From: an uncultured Solibacteraceae bacterium
GTDB lineage: Bacteria; Acidobacteriota; Vicinamibacteria; Vicinamibacterales; SCN-69-37
DNA length: 64,000 bases
Direction: 5' to 3'
NCBI GenBank assembly: GCA_964423815.1
Contig: CAYRGW010000004.1
Location: forward strand, 370-64,369
Below the pieces are notes generated by a model. The model worked only from the letters and a program-made list of their open reading frames with translations, had not been told where the DNA came from and ran no database searches. The translations under genes were made by a program, and so were the position numbers. Shown piece by piece: positions 48,462-58,514 of the stretch; the first letter of the stretch is position 1, and every line of letters begins with the position of its first letter.

Positions 48462-51094
48462 TGCCGTCCTTCCTGTACCGGGCGTTGCTGCGACTGTATC
48501 CGCGAACCTTCCGCGCGCGGTTCGGCGACGAGATGATCGAGACGGCCAACACCCTCAGCCACGAACGCGGGCGGGCCCGACTCCTCGCCGCCAAGGACGT
48601 CGTCGTCTCCGCGCTGGCCGTGCGCAGTGACCTCCGACGTGAACGCCGGATGGGCCGCAGCCACACGGGCCTCCTGTCCGACGTGAGTGTTGCCACGCGC
48701 TCCCTGCGAAAGGTGCCTGGATTTACGATCGCAGCCGTGCTGACGCTGGCATTCGGGATCGGCGCACACGCCGTGGTGTATGCGATCGTCGATGCGATGT
48801 TGCTCAGACCGCTGCCGTTCGGCGATCGCAGCGATCGGCTGGTGACGTTGCACTCGACCCATCCCACGCAGGCAACCGATTGGGACAATTCCGAGCTGTC
48901 GTATGCCGATCTGCTCGACCTGCGCGACGGCACCGCGGCCTTTACGGCCGTCGAAGGGGTCCTCCACCGTAACTTCTCCGTCGCTGCAACCGACGATGCC
49001 GCGCGGGTCATCGGCGCGTCGATCACGCCAGGGTTGTTCCCGATGCTCGGTGTGGCACCCGCGCTTGGTCGTCACTTTCGCGACGAAGACGGGGCAGAGC
49101 CAGGGTTCGAACAGGTGGTCATGCTCAGCCACACGCTCTGGACGCGTCTGTTCTCGGCTGACTCCGCGATCGTCGGTCGATCGATTCTGCTCAATGCCCG
49201 CGCCGTCACGGTGATCGGTGTGATGCCGGCCGGCTTCCTGTTTCCGGAGCAACATCAGCTCTGGGTTCCGTATGCCGCGGACCGAACCGCGGCGAGAGCC
49301 AATCGTTCGATCCTTGGTGTGGGGCTGCTCGCGACACAGACCACGATTGGACAGGCGTCGGCGGATCTCGACCGCGTGGCCGCGACGCTGGCGACCGCAC
49401 ACCCCGACACCAATCGGGGGTGGGGCGTGCATGTCCTGACGCTGCGGGAGTTTCAGGTCGGAGACGGGCGTGGTCTTTCAGCGATGCTCGGCGCCGTGTC
49501 CCTGCTCCTGCTGGTCGCCTGCGCCAATGTCGCCGGGCTCCTGATTGCACGGGGTGTCTCCCGCGAACGGGAACTGATCACCCGTGCGGCACTCGGCGCG
49601 AGTCGTGGACGGCTGGTGCGTCTGCTTCTGACCGAGGCCGTTGTTGTGGCCGCAGTGGGGGGAATCGTGGGCACGGGCCTCGCCATGTGGGGATTGGCGG
49701 CGGTGCTCGGATCGGTGGCCGAGTTGCCCGCGTACTGGACCGAACCGAGAATCGATCTCCGGGTGCTCGCGTCCACCGCGCTGGTGACTGCGGTCGTCTC
49801 GCTCATGGCGGGTCTGGTGCCTGCACTGCGCCTGTCGAAGGTCGACCTGTCGGCGGCCGGGTCAGGGACGCGCTCGGTCGGTGCCAGTCGCGGGCATCGT
49901 CGCTTCCAGCGCGGCCTCGTGATTGCGCAGGTGTCGGTGAGTTTTGTCCTGCTCGTGGGCGCCACGTTGCTCGCCCGTTCGGCGGTTGCCCTGCAGCAGG
50001 CGGACCCGGGATTTGATGCGGCCAACATCCTGAGCGGCCGCTTCTACATCGCGGGTGACGCGTACGATCCTCCAGAGGACAGAGCGGCAGCAGTCAATCG
50101 TGTCGTTCAGGCGATCGCGGCGATTCCCGGTGTGACCTCGGCGTCCGCCACCATGAGTATCCCGGCCGACGACGGAGGACAGACGATTTTGTTGCGGCCG
50201 ACTGGCGCGGTCGAGGCCACCGGAGATGCGATTGGTGTGACGGCGATCTCGATGACATCGGGCCTGTGGGAGACCCTGGGATTGACACCGCGGGAGGGGC
50301 GCACCCTGACCACCGCCGAGGTGCTCGACCCGTTGTCCGACTCGGTGCTGGTCAACGACCGTCTCGCCCAGCGATTCTGGCCGGGCCAATCGGCCGTTGA
50401 TCGCACGCTGCAGACAGTGAATGCGCGCGGGGTGGTGACCAACACGTTGCGGGTTGTGGGTGTGACACCCAATCTCGTGTACGAGGAATTCGGCGAGACC
50501 ACGCCGCAGGCGGAACTGAACGTGTATCTACCCTACGGCCGGTCCGGTGGCCGCACGTTGGCGGTGCTCGCGCGGACCGCTGGCGCGCCATCCTCGTATT
50601 CAGAGTCGCTGCGGGCGGCTGTGCGATCGGTCGATCCGTCGTTCGCGACGTTTGATGTGTTGTCGATGACTGAGCGGCGCAGGCTGACCACGTGGGGCGA
50701 GCGATTCCTGGCCGGCACGTTCAGTGGATTTGCCGTCGCGGCGCTCGTCCTTGCCTGTCTGGGCACGTATGGACTGGTTGCGTACGCCGCAGCGCAACGA
50801 CGTCGCGAGGTCGGTGTACGACTGGCGATTGGCGCCACTCGCACGGACATCGTCTCGTTGTTTGTGCGTGGCGGGAGCATGCTCGGATTGCTCGGCATCA
50901 CTATCGGCCTGCCACTGGCCCTGGTCGTGGCGCGTGGGCTCAGTGAGGCGGGGATGTTGTTTGGGGTGTCGCCCTGGGATGTGCGTGTCTGGCTGGCGCT
51001 GCCGTGTGCGCTGCTCGCCGCCGTGCTGCTGGCCACGACCCAGCCCGCCTTCAGGGCGAGCCGGGTCGATCCATCGGAAGCCTTGCGCGACTAG
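48461..51094 (+). CDS. ADOP-type duplicated ABC permease
   Basis: LYRALLRLYP..FR.RFGDEM; PGFT; ACANVA; RRREVGVRLAIGA. Confidence 0.93.
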   Translation: MPSFLYRALLRLYPRTFRARFGDEMIETANTLSHERGRARLLAAKDVVVSALAVRSDLRRERRMGRSHTGLLSDVSVATRSLRKVPGFTIAAVLTLAFGIGAHAVVYAIVDAMLLRPLPFGDRSDRLVTLHSTHPTQATDWDNSELSYADLLDLRDGTAAFTAVEGVLHRNFSVAATDDAARVIGASITPGLFPMLGVAPALGRHFRDEDGAEPGFEQVVMLSHTLWTRLFSADSAIVGRSILLNARAVTVIGVMPAGFLFPEQHQLWVPYAADRTAARANRSILGVGLLATQTTIGQASADLDRVAATLATAHPDTNRGWGVHVLTLREFQVGDGRGLSAMLGAVSLLLLVACANVAGLLIARGVSRERELITRAALGASRGRLVRLLLTEAVVVAAVGGIVGTGLAMWGLAAVLGSVAELPAYWTEPRIDLRVLASTALVTAVVSLMAGLVPALRLSKVDLSAAGSGTRSVGASRGHRRFQRGLVIAQVSVSFVLLVGATLLARSAVALQQADPGFDAANILSGRFYIAGDAYDPPEDRAAAVNRVVQAIAAIPGVTSASATMSIPADDGGQTILLRPTGAVEATGDAIGVTAISMTSGLWETLGLTPREGRTLTTAEVLDPLSDSVLVNDRLAQRFWPGQSAVDRTLQTVNARGVVTNTLRVVGVTPNLVYEEFGETTPQAELNVYLPYGRSGGRTLAVLARTAGAPSSYSESLRAAVRSVDPSFATFDVLSMTERRRLTTWGERFLAGTFSGFAVAALVLACLGTYGLVAYAAAQRRREVGVRLAIGATRTDIVSLFVRGGSMLGLLGITIGLPLALVVARGLSEAGMLFGVSPWDVRVWLALPCALLAAVLLATTQPAFRASRVDPSEALRD

Positions 51095-51105
51095 TCGTCC
51101 CGACC

Positions 51106-51570
51106 CTACTCGCCACGCGGCTGCGCGAGCCGACCACCCGTTGCAAGGGCGAACGCCAGCGACGCATAAATCGCCGCGAGTGACACGTTTGATAGGCGCT
51201 TTTCGAAACCTGGGGTCAAACGGTTCGGCACGACGTGATAGTCGACGACGTACGCAATGCCCGCGGTGACAACGCCCTGTGCCAGCGCTACTGGCCGAGA
51301 TCGCTGTGCCTGCGACCGGAACAACAGGTGGTGAAGGGTTGCCCAGGGGATCATCGCGGCTGAATTGAGCGCCACGCCGTTGGCGGTGAACTTGGCTGAC
51401 ACTCCGTTCTGCTGTGCGGCCGTGTCCCCCCAGAAGATATGGCTGACGGCATTCACCGCCGCCGCGGGGCTGCCGCTCTCGAGCGCGCCGCACACCACAG
51501 TAGCGGCCGTCGTGGTCACGGCTGCTGCCGTAGCCGTCCGCATGATGGACTTCGTTAATTCGTAGGACAC
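51106..51570 (-). CDS. Hypothetical membrane protein downstream of the catalase
   Basis: ORF track; VNAVSHIFWG; YVVDYHVVP.RLTPGFEKRLS. Confidence 0.7.
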   Translation of the reverse strand: MSYELTKSIMRTATAAAVTTTAATVVCGALESGSPAAAVNAVSHIFWGDTAAQQNGVSAKFTANGVALNSAAMIPWATLHHLLFRSQAQRSRPVALAQGVVTAGIAYVVDYHVVPNRLTPGFEKRLSNVSLAAIYASLAFALATGGRLAQPRGE

Positions 51571-51591
51571 GTAATCTCCTGAGGGCCTGTA

Positions 51592-53928
51592 TTAGACGAC
51601 GGGTGGATCGGACTCTCGTTCGAGTACCCGGTGACCCGCGAGTGCATGGATAAACGCATCCAGGGAACCCGCGTCGCCGGCGGCATCACCGACGATGAGT
51701 CCCGGATCCGGATCGCCGGTGACCAGCGTGAGTGGAATCCCTGTGGCCGTCAGCAGTTCGGCGCTTTCGCCCAGCATGAGCATGGGTTTGCAGTGGCGAT
51801 ACTGATCCTTCAGGAACTCGGGCACGCGGCCATCGTTGAGTAGCACCTGCACCACCTCCTTGCCGCCGGCGACGATGACGGCGTCAAAGAGGACGGAGGG
51901 CATCGCGGCGATCGTGCCGTCGGCCTCAAGCACGTCACCGGTGATTGTGCTGACTTTTCCCAGCCGCGGCGCGATCACTCGTGGCACAGCGCCTTGCTCG
52001 CGCAGTCGTGCCGACGCGACAGTCACGCCTGCGGGATCAACCCCGTCCGCCACAAGAATCGCCACCCGACGGGTCGCGATTCGCCCGGCACCGGGTCGGG
52101 CGGTCAGCGACAACGCCGGTGACACGCCGACCTCGGGGACCACGTCTTCGGGTGCAGCCTTCGGCAGCGGTGCCGGCAACGGCGAGATGCCGAGACCATC
52201 GGCGACCGCCTCCGCCAGGGTCTGGTCGACGTTCAGCAAGCCGGCGACGATCCGCTCGCGGATGGCCGGGGTTTCGACGCGTGACAGTTCAAACGTAAAC
52301 GCGTTGGCGATGTGCGCCTGTTCGATCGGCGTCTGGCTGTTCCAGAAAAGCCGCGCCTGCGTGTAGTGGTCGGCAAACTTCTCGGGATTGCCGCGGACCT
52401 TGGACGGCTCGGGTTCGGTCGGCGGGGCATAGGACACAAACCCGGCCTGACCTGCCTGAAACGGACATCCCCCCGCGAGTGAATTGGGTTCGTAGGCCAC
52501 CCGGCCACGATTGATCGCCTGGCGGTGCATCCCGTCGCGCTGGTTGTTGTGGGCCTGCGCGACCGGCGCGTTGATCGGAATCTCGTGGAAGTTGGGTCCG
52601 CCCAGCCGGGAGATCTGCGTGTCCTGGTAGGAATGAATCCGCCCGGCAAGCAACGGGTCATTGCTGAAGTCCAGGCCCGGCACGATGTGCGCGGCACAAA
52701 ACGCCACCTGCTCCGTCTCGGCAAAAAAGTTGTCCGGATTGCGGTTCAGCACCATCTTGCCGACCGGGATCACCGGCACCAGTTCTTCCGGGATGAGTTT
52801 GGTGGGGTCGAGCACGTCAAACGTGAAGCCTTCAGCATCTTCTTCCGTGAAGATCTGCAGGCCAAGTTCGTATTCGGGGAATTCGCCCGCTTCGATGGCC
52901 TCCCACAGGTCACGCCGGTGGAAGTCCGGGTCGGCCCCGGAGATCTTCACCGCTTCATCCCACAACAATGAATGGGTACCGGCCGCGGGTGTCCAGTGGA
53001 ACTTGACGAAGTGTGACTCGCCCTCGGCATTGACGAGGCGGAACGTATGCACGCCGAACCCCTGCATCATGCGATAACTGCGTGGAATGGCGCGGTCACT
53101 CATCGCCCACATCAACATGTGGGTGATCTCCGGCATCAACGACGCGAAGTCCCAGAAGGTATCGTGCGCACTGGCGGCCTGCGGCATGGCGAAGTGCGGC
53201 TCCGGTTTGGCGGCGTGCACCAGATCGGGGAACTTCATGGCGTCCTGGATGAAAAAGACGGGGATGTTGTTGCCGACCAGATCCCAGTTGCCTTCGTCGG
53301 TGTAGAACTTCACCGCGAAGCCGCGCGCGTCACGGGCGGTGTCGGTGGACCCGCGTTCTCCCAGGACGGTGGAGAAGCGCACAAACACCGGCGTCTGTTT
53401 CCCGCCTTCCGCAAACAGTGACGCCCGCGTGAATTGGTCAAGCGGTTGGTAACATTCGAAGTAACCGTGCGCGGCGGACCCGCGCGCATGCACGATCCGC
53501 TCGGGGATGCGCTCGTGGTCAAAATGCGTGATCTTCTCGCGGAGGATGAAGTCCTCCAGGAGCGTCGGACCACGCAAGCCGGCTTTGAGTGAGTGCTGGT
53601 TGTCGCTGATGGGCACACCCTGATTGGTCGTGAGGCGCTGCCCGCTCCCATCAGCCCGCACACCATCCAGGGGACGAATCGTGCGGTTGGTGCCGATCGT
53701 GGCCCCGCCACTGCCGACCTTCTCCGAGTCCTGCATCTCGGTGACCGTGCTTGCGCCGACGATTGGGTCGTCGGGCACAAACGCCTCACCTTGCTGCGGC
53801 GTCAACGCGGCGTCGAGACCGTACTCCAGTGGCTTATTGGAATTGGTCTCGACTGCCGCCGAAAGACTGTTGGTCCCCTCCAGCTTCGCGGCTACGGGGC
53901 TCTGCGCCGGTCGCCTTGACTTCGCCAT
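51592..53928 (-). CDS. katE: Large-subunit catalase HPII with C-terminal DJ-1-like domain
   Basis: [15 protein letters not shown]; RFSTV; [10 protein letters not shown] heme ligand motif; [10 protein letters not shown]. Confidence 0.96.
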   Translation of the reverse strand: MAKSRRPAQSPVAAKLEGTNSLSAAVETNSNKPLEYGLDAALTPQQGEAFVPDDPIVGASTVTEMQDSEKVGSGGATIGTNRTIRPLDGVRADGSGQRLTTNQGVPISDNQHSLKAGLRGPTLLEDFILREKITHFDHERIPERIVHARGSAAHGYFECYQPLDQFTRASLFAEGGKQTPVFVRFSTVLGERGSTDTARDARGFAVKFYTDEGNWDLVGNNIPVFFIQDAMKFPDLVHAAKPEPHFAMPQAASAHDTFWDFASLMPEITHMLMWAMSDRAIPRSYRMMQGFGVHTFRLVNAEGESHFVKFHWTPAAGTHSLLWDEAVKISGADPDFHRRDLWEAIEAGEFPEYELGLQIFTEEDAEGFTFDVLDPTKLIPEELVPVIPVGKMVLNRNPDNFFAETEQVAFCAAHIVPGLDFSNDPLLAGRIHSYQDTQISRLGGPNFHEIPINAPVAQAHNNQRDGMHRQAINRGRVAYEPNSLAGGCPFQAGQAGFVSYAPPTEPEPSKVRGNPEKFADHYTQARLFWNSQTPIEQAHIANAFTFELSRVETPAIRERIVAGLLNVDQTLAEAVADGLGISPLPAPLPKAAPEDVVPEVGVSPALSLTARPGAGRIATRRVAILVADGVDPAGVTVASARLREQGAVPRVIAPRLGKVSTITGDVLEADGTIAAMPSVLFDAVIVAGGKEVVQVLLNDGRVPEFLKDQYRHCKPMLMLGESAELLTATGIPLTLVTGDPDPGLIVGDAAGDAGSLDAFIHALAGHRVLERESDPPVV

Positions 53929-53930
53929 GA

Positions 53931-54605
53931 CTACTGCGCCAGCGCGTTGTCGTTTTCCGGGACCTGGCGCAGCAGCGATCGTGTCAGCGTGATGCCGTGC
54001 TGGTCGTATTTCACGATGCCGCGTTTCCGGAACTCATTCATGAACCGGTTGATGCGCCCACGCGTGGTGCCCACCATGCTCGCCAGTTTCTCCTGCGAGA
54101 CGGACGGGACGACACACGTGTCTTCAGATGGATCCGTCCGGCTTGCGAGCAGCAACAGCGCGCGCGCGAGCCGTTTCTTGGCCGAATTCAGCATCTGATC
54201 CACCAGGTCGTGCTCAAGGCGAATCGTACGCGTCAACATGCTGGCGACAAATCGCTCGCGAAACTGCTGCTCGTGCTGCAGCATCTGCCAGATCTGTTGA
54301 CGTGTGAACACTCGCACACTGCACGGCGTGACGGCGGTGGCGGTCACGATGCGACACTTGCGACCGGCGAGCACTTCCTCCCCGAGAAATGCGCCGACCG
54401 TCAGCGAGCCGACGATGGCTTCTTTGCCGGTCAGTGTCGCCATGGTCAGCATGACTTCTCCACTGACCAACTGCATCACATGGTCCTCGCGGTCACCCTG
54501 GAAGAAGATTACTTCTTTAGGGCAGAATTCAAGGACGCTGTGTGCCGTCTCTGCCAACACTGGCGTGGTGACGGGGGTGATTCCTGTGTCAATGGTTGTC
54601 TGCAT
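53931..54605 (-). CDS. Crp/Fnr family transcriptional regulator
   Basis: IFFQGD; FLGEE; HTH SQEKLASMVGTTRGRINRFMNEFRK; start reassigned to 54605. Confidence 0.9.
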   Translation of the reverse strand: MQTTIDTGITPVTTPVLAETAHSVLEFCPKEVIFFQGDREDHVMQLVSGEVMLTMATLTGKEAIVGSLTVGAFLGEEVLAGRKCRIVTATAVTPCSVRVFTRQQIWQMLQHEQQFRERFVASMLTRTIRLEHDLVDQMLNSAKKRLARALLLLASRTDPSEDTCVVPSVSQEKLASMVGTTRGRINRFMNEFRKRGIVKYDQHGITLTRSLLRQVPENDNALAQ

Positions 54606-54673
54606 AAAGCCTCGGCCACGTACACTGCAAATCCCGTGCACAAACGCTCCGGATCGCCCCATGTAAAGGGATG

Positions 54674-54706
54674 CCCATATTGGGTAACCGGGGGTCCCAA
54701 CTTGGG
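54674..54706. promoter_or_regulatory. Tandem CCCA-N3-TGGG palindromes
   Basis: CCCATATTGGG (54674-84) and CCCAACTTGGG (54696-706), 22 bp apart, between divergent genes. Confidence 0.5.
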
Positions 54707-54745
54707 AGTATGATCGGCGGTACGACGCACGTCCGGGGAGTCCTC

Positions 54746-55183
54746 ATGCCCGAGCCAGTTCAGACACTCAAGAACCACGCGAAATTTGTTCCCATCTACC
54801 ACTTCGTGGCGTTCCCGTTGCTCGTGCTCAATTTGGGATGGGCCTGGTTCCGGCTGTATGAACTGCGAACCATGGACAGCCTGGTGAGCGCACTCACCTC
54901 GCTGGCGTTGGTCATCCTGTTTTTTCTGGCCAGACTGTTTTCACTGCGGGTGCAGGACCGTGTGATCCGGCTTGAGATGCGGCTGCGCTTGCGCGAAGTG
55001 CTCCCGTTGGGCCTGCATCCACGCATCGGAGACTTCACGCCGGCACAACTGGTCGCGATGCGATTTGCCAGTGATGCCGAACTGCCCGACCTGGCGGTCG
55101 CGGTGCTTCGCGATCACATTCATGACAAGCAGGTCATCAAGCAGATGATCAAGGACTGGACCGGGGACCACCTGCGGGCGTGA
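54746..55183 (+). CDS. DUF6526-like membrane protein
   Basis: QTLKNHAKFVP.YH; QDRVIRLEMRLR; LRFASD-like AMRFASDAEL; IKDW.GDHLR. Confidence 0.8.
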   Translation: MPEPVQTLKNHAKFVPIYHFVAFPLLVLNLGWAWFRLYELRTMDSLVSALTSLALVILFFLARLFSLRVQDRVIRLEMRLRLREVLPLGLHPRIGDFTPAQLVAMRFASDAELPDLAVAVLRDHIHDKQVIKQMIKDWTGDHLRA

Positions 55184-55189
55184 GGGGGC

Positions 55190-55224
55190 AGGGTTCAGGG
55201 TTCAAGGTTCAGGGTTCAGGGTTC
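55190..55224 (+). repeat. Heptamer tandem repeat (A[G/A]GGTTC) x5
   Basis: AGGGTTC AGGGTTC AAGGTTC AGGGTTC AGGGTTC. Confidence 0.85.
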
Positions 55225-55245
55225 TGTTGATACGGAGGAGTGCAC

Positions 55246-55710
55246 ATGCGGAAGTTGATGATCGCGGCGGTGATGGTGATGGGCGTGGCGGCAGTGACGA
55301 TGGCTGCGCAGGAGAAGAAGTTTGGCGCGGCGTTGACCTTGACCGAGGTTACGAAGGTGTCGGACATCTACGCGAACCCTGAGAAGTTCAGCGGCAAACG
55401 TGTCCAGGTGCAGGGCCCGATCGTCGACGTCTGCGAATCGATGGGGTGCTGGCTCGCGCTGGGCAGCGACAAGGAGTTCGAGTCGATCCGCTTCAAGGTC
55501 GAAGACGGCGTGATCGTGTTCCCGATGTCGATCAAGGGCAAAAACGCCAAGGTGGAAGGCATCATCAGTGTCGAGACGTTGACCGTCGCGCAGCAGATCG
55601 CCCAGGGCGAAGAACACGCCAGGGAAAAGAAGACGACCTTCGACCCCAAGACCATCACGGGACCCAAAGTCGGCATCCAGATCAAGGGCGAAGGCGCGAT
55701 CGTTTTCTGA
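55246..55710 (+). CDS. DUF4920-like secreted OB-fold protein
   Basis: GGAGGAG RBS; signal peptide; DVC..MGCW; F..ED..I.FP. Confidence 0.8.
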   Translation: MRKLMIAAVMVMGVAAVTMAAQEKKFGAALTLTEVTKVSDIYANPEKFSGKRVQVQGPIVDVCESMGCWLALGSDKEFESIRFKVEDGVIVFPMSIKGKNAKVEGIISVETLTVAQQIAQGEEHAREKKTTFDPKTITGPKVGIQIKGEGAIVF

Positions 55711-55732
55711 CCGACTGTCGTTTGAACGCTCG

Positions 55733-56284
55733 ATGAAGTGGCGTCGGCTCAATAACGTCCTGCACCGGGACGTCGGATACCTGATTGTCGGACTCACACT
55801 GGTATTCGGCGTCTCGGGACTGGCGCTTAATCACGCGGCCGACTGGAACCCGTCCTATCGGCAGACACGCACGGTCGTCGACATCGCGCCACTCACCGCC
55901 GGTGATCGCGACGGACTGGTGGCCGAGGCGCTTCAAAAACTCGCCCTCACCGAGACGCCCCTGAACGCCTTCCGACCGGATCCTGCGACCCTGCAGATAT
56001 TTTTCGAGGGCCGCACCTACGTGGTGGACACACCGACGGGCAAGGTCATCATCGAAGAAACACGCCCCCGCCCCGTCCTCTTCGAGCTGAACCAGATGCA
56101 TCTGAACGCCTCGAAGGGGCTGTGGACGGTGTTGTCGGATCTCTACGCGGTGGCCCTCATCCTGATGGCCCTGACGGGGATGTTTGTGTTGCGTGGTCCT
56201 GTGGGCCTGGGTGGGCGCGGCAAATGGCTCGTGGGCATCGGCGCCCTGATTCCGATCGGTTACTGGGTCTACACGATCTGGTGA
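55733..56284 (+). CDS. PepSY-associated TM helix domain protein
   Basis: LHRDVGYL; SGLALNH; LNQMHLN; W..LSD.YA. Confidence 0.85.
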   Translation: MKWRRLNNVLHRDVGYLIVGLTLVFGVSGLALNHAADWNPSYRQTRTVVDIAPLTAGDRDGLVAEALQKLALTETPLNAFRPDPATLQIFFEGRTYVVDTPTGKVIIEETRPRPVLFELNQMHLNASKGLWTVLSDLYAVALILMALTGMFVLRGPVGLGGRGKWLVGIGALIPIGYWVYTIW

Positions 56285-58390
56285 TCAACACCCGAAGATC
56301 GCGCACGCCGCTTTTTTGAGGCCAAACCGCTCAAAGAATCCCCGTCCGCCGTGGAAGGGACACCAGTCCTCGGGCTCGGTGCCCGCGCGGAAATATTCGG
56401 TGCCCACGTGCGAGCGGAACTCGCCATCGGCGTCCAGTGATCCCTCCTGACATCCTCTGGTGGGCCGCAGGCCTGACCGCATACACACCTGGGCCGTCAC
56501 GATGTTGTTGGGTGTCTCGACCCAGCGGGCCGGCTGACCTTTGGTCGCCTCACGCATGAACCGCGCCCAGATCGGCACCACCAACCCTGTCGCGTAGCCG
56601 TTCGGGATGATGGTGCGAGGTTCGTCAAAACCCGCCCAGACACCGGCAACCAGCGTCGGTGTGAACCCGACAAACCACGCGTCCTTGTAGTCGTCGGTCG
56701 TGCCGGTCTTGCCGCCAGCCGGCAGGCGGAATCCATCAGATCGGGCGCGCGCGCCCGTGCCCCGGTTCATCACGTCGGCCAGCATGTCGGCCATCAGAAA
56801 TGCCGTGGATACAGAGACCGCACGATGGGATTCGGTCTCGTCCTGCCACAGCAGGTGGCCGTTGCGATCTTCAACGCGACGCACAAAGACCGGGGGGCGC
56901 ACCATGCCGCCATTGGCAAACGCGCCGTACGCGGTGGTCATCGACAACAACGTGACCTCACCGGACCCGAGCACCATCGAGGGCACGGCGGGGGGGCGCG
57001 CGAGGCCCAGGCCTTCCGCGTAGTTGACCGCTCTGGCCAGACCGACGTTGTTGAGGACCCGGACTGCCGCGCGGTTGTTTGACACGCGCAGCGCCTGGCG
57101 CATCGTCATCGCGTCGCCGCCCAGGCCGTGGGCCTCGTCAGGGCGCCACTGGCCACCGGAGATGCGGGTGGTCGCATTGAGGTCGGTGAGCAGGGTGGAC
57201 GGATTGGCGCCGGCATCCAGTGCGGCGGCAAACACGAACGGTTTGTAGGCGGAGCCTGCCTGGCGTTGGGCGTCCACGGCACGGTCGTAGGTGCTGTCGT
57301 CAAAGTCGCGCCCACCCACCAGTGCGCGCACGTGGCCGGTCTGCGGGTCGATCGCGACAAACGCGCCCTGGAGATACGCCGGCGCCTCGGTGGGGCCTTT
57401 GAAGCCGCGCCGTTGTTCGATGGATGTCAGGCCCGCGACCAACGCGCCTTCCGCGGAGCGCTGCAGTGCGGGATCCACGGTCGTATACACGCGCAGTCCG
57501 CCGTTCCACACGAGTTCCTCGCCGAAACGGTCCGTGAGTTCGCGAATGACGCGGTTGCGGAAGTATTCGCCGAAGCGGGGCTGGCTGAGCGCCCGCCGGA
57601 ACGTCAATGTCGAGGTTTTTGCGCGTTCGGCTTCGGCGGCGGTGATGGCGCCCACGGCTTCCATGCGCGTGAGGACCACCGCGCGACGCGCGAGGGCACG
57701 TTTCAGGTTGGCCGGCGGGGCGTAGGCCGACGGGGCCTGAATCAGACCGACCAGCAACGAGGCCTCATCAAGGGTGAGGGTGCGGGCGCTTTTGCCGAAG
57801 TACCCCTGCGCCGCCGCCTCGATGCCGTGGAATCCGCGGCCGAAGTAGATGCGGTTGAGATACATCTCGAGGATTTCGTCCTTCGAGAAGGCCCACTCCA
57901 GGCGAACGGCCAGCACAATTTCGCGTGTCTTGCGCCAGAACGATTTTTCGTCGGTCAGAAAAGACTTGCGCGCCAGTTGCTGGGTGATGGTGGACCCACC
58001 CTGCGCCAACTCGCCCTGTCGCACATTGGCGATGGTGGCCCCGAACATGCGGCGCATGTTGATGCCGTGGTGGGAGTAAAAGAGGTCGTCCTCGACCGCC
58101 AGGACCGCCTTGATCACCACCGGGGAGATGTCCTGGAGGGTCACCGTGGTTCGGTGTTCCTTGAAGATGCTGAACACCGGGCGATCACGATGGTCGTAGA
58201 CGAGTGTGGAGATCGGCATTTCAGCCGCCGAACGGATGCCGCCAGGACCCGGGACGATCAGGAACAGGTTGATGGCGACGACCACGAACAACAGGGACGC
58301 CACCCACACAGGCCAGGCCCATCGTCCCAGGCGCTGATGCCTGGCGCGTACGTGTTGTCCGAGAGTGAGCAGGTGCTCGCGAATCGCCAT
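56285..58390 (-). CDS. Class A penicillin-binding protein (PBP1A-like)
   Basis: TG motifs EDDLFYSH.G, GGSTITQQLAR, RKTRE; TP motifs SAYK, SNN, KTGT. Confidence 0.94.
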   Translation of the reverse strand: MAIREHLLTLGQHVRARHQRLGRWAWPVWVASLLFVVVAINLFLIVPGPGGIRSAAEMPISTLVYDHRDRPVFSIFKEHRTTVTLQDISPVVIKAVLAVEDDLFYSHHGINMRRMFGATIANVRQGELAQGGSTITQQLARKSFLTDEKSFWRKTREIVLAVRLEWAFSKDEILEMYLNRIYFGRGFHGIEAAAQGYFGKSARTLTLDEASLLVGLIQAPSAYAPPANLKRALARRAVVLTRMEAVGAITAAEAERAKTSTLTFRRALSQPRFGEYFRNRVIRELTDRFGEELVWNGGLRVYTTVDPALQRSAEGALVAGLTSIEQRRGFKGPTEAPAYLQGAFVAIDPQTGHVRALVGGRDFDDSTYDRAVDAQRQAGSAYKPFVFAAALDAGANPSTLLTDLNATTRISGGQWRPDEAHGLGGDAMTMRQALRVSNNRAAVRVLNNVGLARAVNYAEGLGLARPPAVPSMVLGSGEVTLLSMTTAYGAFANGGMVRPPVFVRRVEDRNGHLLWQDETESHRAVSVSTAFLMADMLADVMNRGTGARARSDGFRLPAGGKTGTTDDYKDAWFVGFTPTLVAGVWAGFDEPRTIIPNGYATGLVVPIWARFMREATKGQPARWVETPNNIVTAQVCMRSGLRPTRGCQEGSLDADGEFRSHVGTEYFRAGTEPEDWCPFHGGRGFFERFGLKKAACAIFGC

Positions 58391-58514
58391 CTACCTGATT
58401 ACTTCAAGGTTCGTTCCAGACCCACGGCAGCGGAAATACGGGCCGTTTTCGTCATCGCGCGTTTTGCGCGCAGGAAGTGCCCGCCGTTTCTACCGTACTG
58501 GTCCCTTTTGCTTC

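Noticed and set aside
54626-54641. Sigma54-like element upstream of crp/fnr (minus strand GTGCAC-GGGAT-TTGCA)
   Set aside because: The near-invariant GG at -25/-24 reads TG; possible but not supportable.
55190-55224. CRISPR interpretation of the short repeats
   Set aside because: Units are 7 bp and contiguous with no spacers; no cas genes in the window.
58450-58500. Sigma54 promoter for the PBP1A gene (minus strand GGCAC-TTCCT-GCGC)
   Set aside because: The -12 element lacks TTGC; likely chance in GC-rich DNA.
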